NCBI GenBank assembly: GCA_965644495.1 | Contig: CBFFSA010000003.1 | Coordinates: 372,001-436,000, forward strand | Source: Perkinsela sp. CCAP 1560/9 | Taxonomy: Eukaryota > Protista > Euglenozoa: Kinetoplastea | Direction: 5' to 3' | DNA length: 64,000 nucleotides | Shown here: piece after piece, positions 56,243 through 64,000 of the stretch | How the letters are laid out: every line of letters begins with the position of its first letter | How positions within the stretch are numbered: position 1 is the first letter of the stretch | Translations under genes and position numbers: made by a program | Notes under the pieces: generated by a model | Told to the model about the DNA's origin: nothing | Seen by the model: the letters and a program-made list of their open reading frames with translations, nothing else | Database searches by the model: none

Positions 56243-57098
56243 TATTTCTCTTTTGCATCGAATACGAATATCCATTGTTGGTGAGAAGTTGGCGGAGCCT
56301 GTGACGCAAGGAAACAAGAGTGCCATGGGTGATGTGGCCATACGCGTCGCCCATGTCATTCAAATACAGAGCGTGTTTCACTCAACGCTCATTTAGGAGA
56401 ACAACCTGAGACGCGATCGCTAAATCAAATCCTTCGACATGTCGTCTTCTTAAACATGTGAGCCAGTTGCCAACGTTGAAAAACTCCGGTGTTTACTATC
56501 CTGGTACGAAAAGAGAAGTCCGTACTAGATTTAGCACATCGTATTGTACTGTGTACTTGTGTGTATAAAGTTTAGTCACCCAATGTCTAGACGTGCTCGA
56601 AATTACTTTCTCAATTTTGCATTAGTTTCGCAACAAAATTTTTTGTATTATCTAAGCGAGTGATTAAGCATCGTATTTACTTACACGACTCCGTTCTATC
56701 ATTTTTCTTCGCATAGGCTTCAAGATGTCTAACCGCATCAAATCGTATGCGAATCCTGTAGTTGGGAACCTTGGATGACACAGTGATAGAAGACTGTGCT
56801 GTATGATGCAATTAAAGACCTCTTGTAATCCAATGTTGAAGGAATTTGAAATCTTTTTCCGAGCTCAGAACCGAAACGGGGATAAAGCTCACAATTTTTC
56901 TTGTTTAGTGCATTTAATTAATTAATTAATAAATAAAAAAAGGAGGTTAAAAGAAAAATATTTTGCCCTTAGACGTACTCGATTTTCCAGCTGTGTAGAA
57001 ACGCCCCTTTTTACCTCTTTCTTTTCTTTCCTTTTTCATCTTTCCCACCCAACACCCACCTTCCCCCCTCTCTTCACCCTTCCCTCCCCTCCCCTCCC

Positions 57099-57704
57099 AT
57101 GCCCCCTCCCTTCCCCCTCCCCCTCCTCCTCCTCCTCCTCTCGCTCCTCCCCCCCACCCACTGCCTCACCACACGCATTGAGCCCCGCACCAAGGAGTGC
57201 TACTTGGAGCAGATCCCCTCCAACACCCACACCTCCTTCCAGTTCCAGGCGGTCGCGGGGGGACAGCTGGATGTGGTGGTGACCGTCGAGGAGGGGCACT
57301 CCGGGGTGGTGATCCAGCAGTGGAACGCGGAGCCCGAGGGGAAGTGGTCGGATCGCCCCAAAACCGATCGCTTGGTCGCGCTGTGTTTCTCCAATGAACA
57401 CTCCAAATGGACCCCGAAGTGGATGAGTTTTTATGTCCACAGGGGACACAACCCCCATATTGCGAAAGCCTCGGATGTGGACCCCGTGGAGCGTGCTGTG
57501 ATGACGTTGAATGAGGATCTAGCGGAGCTCGAGGAGGAGCAGCGAGCGTTAAGGGTCACGGAGAGGCTGCACCGGGACACGGTGGAGGAGACGGCGGAGT
57601 ATTTGCTGTATTGGTCGCTTTTTGAGGCGGCGGTGCTGGTGGGGATGGGGCTGTTTCAGATGCGCTATTTGAAGCGGTTTTTGGAGGTGCGGTCGACGGT
57701 GTGA
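57099..57704 (+). CDS. p24/emp24/TMED GOLD-domain cargo receptor
   Basis: Signal peptide, ECY..FQ.VAGGQLDV..CFSN, coiled coil, TM, Q..YLKRFLEVR. Confidence 0.92.
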   Translation: MPPPFPLPLLLLLLSLLPPTHCLTTRIEPRTKECYLEQIPSNTHTSFQFQAVAGGQLDVVVTVEEGHSGVVIQQWNAEPEGKWSDRPKTDRLVALCFSNEHSKWTPKWMSFYVHRGHNPHIAKASDVDPVERAVMTLNEDLAELEEEQRALRVTERLHRDTVEETAEYLLYWSLFEAAVLVGMGLFQMRYLKRFLEVRSTV

Positions 57705-57997
57705 GCGGGTGTATGCGCGTGGGTAAATGAGATGGGTTGTGTGATTAGTTTTGGTTTTCCTAAAATCGGTTGATCTTTTAGTTAAAGGGATGAATGAAGA
57801 TTTGACAACAGTACCACTAGTAACCAAGTATCAAAGGGAAAAGAGTTTCGGATCTCACGTTTACTCGCTCAACGTAACGCTTAAGAAAATTATTATAGCT
57901 TCTATCTTCCACTCATGTCCTACCGCTCATAAATATCTTACAAGAAAAACCGACATGCCGTTACGCTGACACTGAAGACAGGATAGCGCTTGCTTAC

Positions 57998-60931
57998 ATG
58001 ATTTCTGATTCGCTCGTAAGTCTTTCCCAGGATATTGGTGTTGTCTTCTCTCTTAGAAAGGAGGGTATACATGAAACAAAACCGGCGAAACATGACCATG
58101 CTGTCGAGATGTATTCATCTTTTGTCACATCGATCATCCAGTTGAGTGGAACCTCAAGCACTATGCAAGGAAGATGTACCTCTTTTGCCACAGAAACCGA
58201 AGTCAGTGACGAAGCCCGGCCCATTGACTTACAGTTTGAGACAGGTTTCGTGAAATTGAAGAACCAAGCTGGTGATATCGTGGAGAGGGCCTTGTTCCCG
58301 TTAAAACAGTACTCTAGATCCGCTGCAGGGAAAACGCAACAAGAGGAAGATATTCGAACACCAGAAACGCTAAAGAGGACACTTGACTACATTTGCAGCA
58401 CTCTACTCCCCCTAACAGAGGACTCCACGTTTCTTTCCGATCCAGAGCTTAATCAACTTTTCGTCTTCCTAGATGACCGCATGCGTGCGATAGCTAAGGA
58501 TTACGAATCTCAGTCCATTCATAGTGAATCTCATTTAGAAAATATGAATGTCGTTTTTCGCATTTATATTCTCCGTATATTAAGGTGTCTATCCACAGAG
58601 GATGGGTGTGAGCTATTTGGACCATTTAAAAAACTAAACAACGAGCGATTAGACGCCGTTCGAGGAGGTCTCCTACGATATTATAAAGAAAACACAGGGA
58701 ACCCACACTGTGAGGAGATGCTGTCGTATTTTCTATTGCGGTGTCTCGGACACGATGCCGAGAGTGACTCACGAACGTGGTGGCATGACTCACTTATTCA
58801 ACGGAGACAAATTCTCCACGAGATAACGACAAGTGCAGCACTAGAAAAGATCCCCTCACAAAGTGTGTGGGTTTCTCTACAAGCCATACATTACATGGAA
58901 ACAGCGCAATGGCTATCTCTTCTTGACATGGTAAAAACACTAAATCCTTTGCAAGTGGCGCTCGTGGAAACTAGTCTTTCATACATTCGAGTCCGTGCAT
59001 TGCAAGATCTACTTTGTGGAAAAGCTCATGGCTTGAATCGGTCAAGACTAACGGGAAGAATGTCACTCGCCGATGCATCTAGAATGTTGCTTTTTCGAAA
59101 TACAGATCAGATGGAGAAATTCGTGTCCCTGTTCATGGCCGCGGAGAGCGTGATTGATGCTGACGACCTGATTTGCGGTTCCAAAGATTCAAACGAATTA
59201 ATTTGGGAAAAGCATGGAAAGTCGAAACTGTTGTTACCACTTCACTATAATGCTGTCACATCCATAGCTACATTTCACCACAAGGAACATGCCTTGCCGA
59301 TGTCATCCGAAACACTCGTCAGGGGATACTTCAGCGAAAGTCTCGAACAAACCCTTGAGCAATGGAAAACGTTTGGGACACTTTTGGAAAACTCGTTAGC
59401 TAATGTCCGTGCAATTACACTAAAAGCCCTCAGCATGAATGCTAAGGTTGACAGCCCGGCGAAGCCCAAATCTGCTGACCCATCAAATGAGGAGCAGGAA
59501 CAGAAAACTAATCTAGATAGTATACGGCCATCACCCACGACCATAACACAGGAAGCACACGAAACAAAATCCGATTCACAATCAGCCATTAGTGAAGATG
59601 AATCGGAGGACGAAGTACTCACTCCAGTAGAGACCGAATCAAATTTCTCACAGAACAACCGCTTTTGGAATTCCCGCGACGCCATCGAAGGCATAGCGCA
59701 AAAAGCACAACCAGGACAGGATTCTATCGTTGCAGCAGATGCATTTTACGCAGCTGCTCCCGTATGCCCGGCGGTTATGGAACAAAAAGCAACACCCCCT
59801 CTGGCGCAAGAAGTTATTTTACAGGACCATGTGCATTCTTTGCCTAAAATTACCGAGTTGAGTTCTCACACTATCGTAGACAATAAGTTTTCAGAGCTCG
59901 AGTACGCAAAAGTAGATCAAAACACCCAACAAATCTTGTCCTCCGATCTTCGTAGTACAGACAACGAGAGCACTAGAATAGAAATAGAGCCTCACAATAT
60001 TGAAGAAGACAATATTGAAGAAGAATCAGATGCGCTAACGAACGCTTTGCGTTTACTTGATCCCCTATGGATTTGTTTTGCCGAGTCTTCTTATGCTCTA
60101 TTATGGTGTCATCGCGCTGCGTGCCTCTTTACTGGATGGCAGTGGCATGAAATGATGCAACATTCGAGTGACGCGCCCCTTTTTCTAGAATGGGTCATAT
60201 CCTTCTCATGCGTTGACGTGTGCCATGATCAAAAAGCATGCCACCAACCATTATTCAGTCGGGTTCTAGCCAGTATAGGTGGCTCAGCAACACTTAACAG
60301 GACACTTTCATATTCTAATGGGGTTCTCATTTCACCGTTAGTGAGTTCGCAATTGGACTGTGCTACAGAGGACACATACCCGATGCTGGCCTACAATGAT
60401 TCTACTAACGGGGCCACTTTGCTGGTTGTCATGCCGCCAATATATTTTAAGGAACCTCAGGAAGACGATCTTCATGGTGGTTCTTTCAGAAGAGGAGCAG
60501 CATATCAACATCAAGGTCACAGAGTTCAAGACGAACAGAACAAAAAAGCATTTTTATTGCAAACGTTCGCAACGCATCTCCTGCGAGAAACTATGCTTAT
60601 GGTACGCATGGGAAAAAGAGTACGAAATGTGGTCGTGTTGCACGAAGAGCCTTTCGAGACCGACAACTCAGTTTCAGAAAGTGAAAGTCCACAAACTTCG
60701 ACGCTCTCCGAATTATACCGCGTTGCACGTCATGTTCTGTCCCATCAACCAGAACTTGCCGAATTATATGGACATTCGCATGTGATAAATTTAGATTTTA
60801 TGGATCTTAGCGTTGATAAAACTCTTCACTCTCCGGAAGGCGTAATTGAATCATTTGCTGCGCGTGTTGGGCAAATCATGGAGCAATGCGCTAGGCGATT
60901 TGCCGTACAAGATCAAATCGCTGAAAGTTGA
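57998..60931 (+). CDS. SAC3/GANP-domain protein
   Basis: KQYSRSAAG..DIRTPETLKRTLDYI..FLDDRMRAIAKDY. Confidence 0.8.
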   Translation: MISDSLVSLSQDIGVVFSLRKEGIHETKPAKHDHAVEMYSSFVTSIIQLSGTSSTMQGRCTSFATETEVSDEARPIDLQFETGFVKLKNQAGDIVERALFPLKQYSRSAAGKTQQEEDIRTPETLKRTLDYICSTLLPLTEDSTFLSDPELNQLFVFLDDRMRAIAKDYESQSIHSESHLENMNVVFRIYILRILRCLSTEDGCELFGPFKKLNNERLDAVRGGLLRYYKENTGNPHCEEMLSYFLLRCLGHDAESDSRTWWHDSLIQRRQILHEITTSAALEKIPSQSVWVSLQAIHYMETAQWLSLLDMVKTLNPLQVALVETSLSYIRVRALQDLLCGKAHGLNRSRLTGRMSLADASRMLLFRNTDQMEKFVSLFMAAESVIDADDLICGSKDSNELIWEKHGKSKLLLPLHYNAVTSIATFHHKEHALPMSSETLVRGYFSESLEQTLEQWKTFGTLLENSLANVRAITLKALSMNAKVDSPAKPKSADPSNEEQEQKTNLDSIRPSPTTITQEAHETKSDSQSAISEDESEDEVLTPVETESNFSQNNRFWNSRDAIEGIAQKAQPGQDSIVAADAFYAAAPVCPAVMEQKATPPLAQEVILQDHVHSLPKITELSSHTIVDNKFSELEYAKVDQNTQQILSSDLRSTDNESTRIEIEPHNIEEDNIEEESDALTNALRLLDPLWICFAESSYALLWCHRAACLFTGWQWHEMMQHSSDAPLFLEWVISFSCVDVCHDQKACHQPLFSRVLASIGGSATLNRTLSYSNGVLISPLVSSQLDCATEDTYPMLAYNDSTNGATLLVVMPPIYFKEPQEDDLHGGSFRRGAAYQHQGHRVQDEQNKKAFLLQTFATHLLRETMLMVRMGKRVRNVVVLHEEPFETDNSVSESESPQTSTLSELYRVARHVLSHQPELAELYGHSHVINLDFMDLSVDKTLHSPEGVIESFAARVGQIMEQCARRFAVQDQIAES

Positions 60932-61155
60932 TTCCGCTGATTTCTTGCATGTAGTCCATCCACACCTTACATGCACATCCTTTGAATTGTGTTCCAACAT
61001 TTTTGTGAGAAGTACACCTTGAAATACAAACAAACAACGCTCTATCTCTACCAAACGTCTCTTTTAGAAGTGTTTTACAAGCTTTTCTCTACCAAGGCTA
61101 CAATTTCATTAAAGCTAATGCAGCTGAGTCTTCCTCCCCACCTTCAGAACGTTTC

Positions 61156-62373
61156 ATGCCACGTGTTTTAAGTATCCAATCACATGTGAGCTCTGGATAC
61201 GTCGGCAACTCATGTGCCGCCACCGTATTTCATTTCCTAGGCATCGAAGTAGACTGTATTCACACCGTTCGCTATAGCAACCATGGGGGGTACGGCTGTG
61301 TTCGTGGCTCAAGACTCAGCGTTGAGGAATTCCAATCGGTTATCTCGGCGCTACGAAAGAATTGTATTCTACAGGAATACACACACTTACTCACAGGGTA
61401 TCTCGGTCCAGATCCTGAACTGATCTCTTCGATTCATGACTTTATACTTCAAATGAAACAAGAGAGACCTGATCTTGTATATTTCTGCGATCCCGTTTGC
61501 GGAGATGAGGTGCAATACGAAGAGAATGGTGAGATATGTGCACGTAAGGAAAAGCTTTATCTACCGAAAAGTTGTCTCCCGGAGCTTTGCAGACTGCTAC
61601 ACCTTGCAGACGTGATTCGATGTAATCTTTTTGAAATACGAAGCTTGCTTAGGAATGCATCTCTTACAGATTGTGACACACCACAAGGTGAGGAGATCAG
61701 CTGTGTAAAAACATTGCTAAGGCGTTGTTTTAATGCGTTTATGAGTCCAACGCAAGAGGAAAAACTTATTATGGTTTCGCACAATGAAGAGTCGAGTGAT
61801 ATAAGAGAAATTGTTTCTCATGCGAAACACTTTCCTTGTCCGTTGGATGACAAGCTTGCCTGTGTAGTTAGCTTTGCTCATGGAGTGAGAAAATTACCAA
61901 ATGCGGCTTTAGATATAAAAATGCGCCGTATGCTGTCACCTCGAGTTAAGCGTCCGTATCATTTTGCTGGAACTGGTGATTTGTTGACGGCTCTGCTTCT
62001 GGCTTACAGAATTAATAAAGGGCATAAGCCACCTGTCGACCCACTTACTAAATACACCCACTTACTAAGGCGTGCAGTGGCAGCCACATTCGGTGTATGC
62101 TGCAAAACAGCGGAACGATATCTTGCGTTCAAGGATTCAAATAGTGATGGGACGAGGAGTACAGTGCCGAGTGACGGTACGAATGAGTCTAAGAAACGAG
62201 AACTAGCTTTGATTTCTTGCGCCAACCTTTTACGACGGTACAATGAGACCGAGTTGGACACCCCAGCAAGGGAGAATGTAATGACTTCTGAGACGTGGCA
62301 GTCGGAATTACACGAAAGTATCTTGGTTCAAGATTTTCCCGATACGTCCAGAGATTCAGACCCAGAATTCTGA
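61156..62373 (+). CDS. PDXK: Pyridoxal kinase
   Basis: RVLSIQSHV.SGYVGN, SNHGGY, LLTGY, DPVCGD, FAGTGDL. Confidence 0.92.
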   Translation: MPRVLSIQSHVSSGYVGNSCAATVFHFLGIEVDCIHTVRYSNHGGYGCVRGSRLSVEEFQSVISALRKNCILQEYTHLLTGYLGPDPELISSIHDFILQMKQERPDLVYFCDPVCGDEVQYEENGEICARKEKLYLPKSCLPELCRLLHLADVIRCNLFEIRSLLRNASLTDCDTPQGEEISCVKTLLRRCFNAFMSPTQEEKLIMVSHNEESSDIREIVSHAKHFPCPLDDKLACVVSFAHGVRKLPNAALDIKMRRMLSPRVKRPYHFAGTGDLLTALLLAYRINKGHKPPVDPLTKYTHLLRRAVAATFGVCCKTAERYLAFKDSNSDGTRSTVPSDGTNESKKRELALISCANLLRRYNETELDTPARENVMTSETWQSELHESILVQDFPDTSRDSDPEF

Positions 62374-62549
62374 AAATATATTTTCACACCCTAGTGGTTG
62401 TCCATGGTACCGCGTGCCACCCTTCATGAAGCATTTATTTTTTCTTTGTTCAACTCTTGATAAAATTTCGCAGCACATTTTTGTAAAATTTGAGCTAGCG
62501 TGCTTCTTTAGTATTTTTGATTTCCGTCTATTTTTTCTTTCCTAGTCGA

Positions 62550-63518
62550 ATGGATCCCCAGTCATCTCTTCTCCTTCCGGATGAAATTATCGCATGGCGC
62601 CTACGCAATGCCACACCGACACAAACGGGAGTGCAATCTTTAAGCATGTGGTGTTTACTAAACAAAACTCATCGTCGTGCCATTCTGAAGCAATGGCGTA
62701 CACACTTGTGCAATGCGGAGCTTCCCGAAAGGACGCGAGTTGCACTTTTGTACATCGTGCACGATATTTTACACAATATTATCTCGGCTTCCTCCGATAC
62801 ACGTATGCGGGCACGTATCTATCTCGAAGATATCTGTGTGGAACTGCCGCTGGCCGTGATGGCTGTATCACAAGAACTCCGCGAGGCATCTAATTTGGGA
62901 CCCGAACAGGAGGCTTTAATCGAGTGCCTGTCGAAACTTGTGCTTGCTTGGAAAGAAATGGGCATCTTTCCACCCACAATAATGAAAACGTTGTGGAATG
63001 CAGTGGATCGAACCAGGCAGTTTTCCGGGAAACCACCGCTTACAGTTTTGAAGGCTATACCCGCATCAGAAATAAAGCATGACGTTGCACCATGCCTCGG
63101 TGAATTGGCTACAAAACAACGAACCTTACAAGACTTAGTGGAGAAATGGCGCAAGACTCGATTGTCACAAAAGATTAAATCGGAAACAAGCTCAAAAACA
63201 GATACGGAGGAAGCGGAGCATAAGGAACTTCGTAAAGCTCTGGAATGCGTTACCCAAGCGCTGCAGTTTGTTACGAGAGAAATTATTTCTCCATTACAGC
63301 ATACGGAAGCAGAATTAAGAGCAAGGGAACATGAGTTAGCTGGCCTCGATGAAGCAAAGGAAGTGACAAAAGATATCGGCGTATGTAATACAAAATTACA
63401 CCATGAAGATAAGCTGGCGCACCCTATAGAAGACAGACGAGTGGAGGATAATATTCAACATCCCGCTGAGACCTCCTACTCTGGTACTGGAGTATTGGAC
63501 GATCTTTTCGATGACTAG
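62550..63518 (+). CDS. CID (RPR/CTD-interacting) domain protein, RPRD1/Rtt103-like
   Basis: TQ.GVQSLS.W..LLYIVHDILHN..LV.AW..IF plus a coiled coil. Confidence 0.7.
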   Translation: MDPQSSLLLPDEIIAWRLRNATPTQTGVQSLSMWCLLNKTHRRAILKQWRTHLCNAELPERTRVALLYIVHDILHNIISASSDTRMRARIYLEDICVELPLAVMAVSQELREASNLGPEQEALIECLSKLVLAWKEMGIFPPTIMKTLWNAVDRTRQFSGKPPLTVLKAIPASEIKHDVAPCLGELATKQRTLQDLVEKWRKTRLSQKIKSETSSKTDTEEAEHKELRKALECVTQALQFVTREIISPLQHTEAELRAREHELAGLDEAKEVTKDIGVCNTKLHHEDKLAHPIEDRRVEDNIQHPAETSYSGTGVLDDLFDD

Positions 63519-63708
63519 ACAGAGCCAATACCGCTACTTCTATATTCCTGCATACTTCAAAAAAATATGGAAAGACAGTTAGTGTAAAGTTTGTAGCATA
63601 TTTTGTACTCTAGCAATCGAATACTATACTGTACGTCACATACTCTATCTAGTAATCCGTTAGCCACTTTTCTCTACCGCTTAACAGTAAATAATGTGAT
63701 TCGAAGGA

Positions 63709-64000
63709 ATGACAGACGCATACTTTGAGGAACCACTTTTGGCCCATTCCTTTATTGCTCACAACTCTCTTCTTCGACATGCTCGATGTGATTCCACAAA
63801 ATCTGTGGCTGTCCCGCAACCCACTTTGTCAACCGGACCTTATGGTCGTGATTTTATTAGTTCGCTGTGTTGTTCTCCGGATGGTTGTTTGATCGCAACG
63901 ACATCTATCGACGCTGTCATACGACTGTGGTGTCCGTCTTCTGTTGTCGAGAATTTTAAGAAAAAGGATTTGCAAACTCGATCCATGGGATCGAATCGGC
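63709..64000 (+). CDS. WD40 protein, runs off the window end
   Basis: Manual translation MTDAYF..DFISSLCCSPDGCLIATTSIDAVIRLW, with no stop before the window end. Confidence 0.65.
   Translation, partial: MTDAYFEEPLLAHSFIAHNSLLRHARCDSTKSVAVPQPTLSTGPYGRDFISSLCCSPDGCLIATTSIDAVIRLWCPSSVVENFKKKDLQTRSMGSNR

Overview
Eukaryotic, intron-less DNA with all recognisable host genes on the + strand and sequences matching the kinetoplastid spliced leader (SL). This points to a kinetoplastid; a Perkinsela-like lineage is plausible but is inference. Bases 1-26000 are a continuous nest of retroelements: tyrosine-recombinase (DIRS-type, VIPER/TATE-like) elements, CRE/SLACS-like non-LTR elements with a restriction-like endonuclease (RLE), an RTE/Ingi-like RT-RNase H element interrupted by a SINE-like insert, and two HERO-like RLE elements, one inserted into the other. 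After a 200-N gap comes a co-oriented housekeeping cluster (EngA-like GTPase, RPL35, UBX, LSm3, TPR, Sly1, LSM12-like, CULT-domain, eIF3b, PEN-2, p24, SAC3/GANP, pyridoxal kinase, CID, WD40, two LRR genes). It is interspersed with a Merlin transposase remnant, a MITE, a degenerate tRNA-like sequence next to a minisatellite, and an SL-RNA-like locus. Top observation: both HERO-like elements begin, right at their insertion boundary, with about 28-31 nt of SL exon ending at the trans-splice junction (…GATACAGTTTCTGTACCTTGTTG), followed by a short UTR and the ATG. They appear to have been copied from SL-trans-spliced mRNA. They also carry unusual N-terminal CxHxCxxKxxCxHxCC zinc fingers. All comparisons were made by eye; no searches or folding were run.
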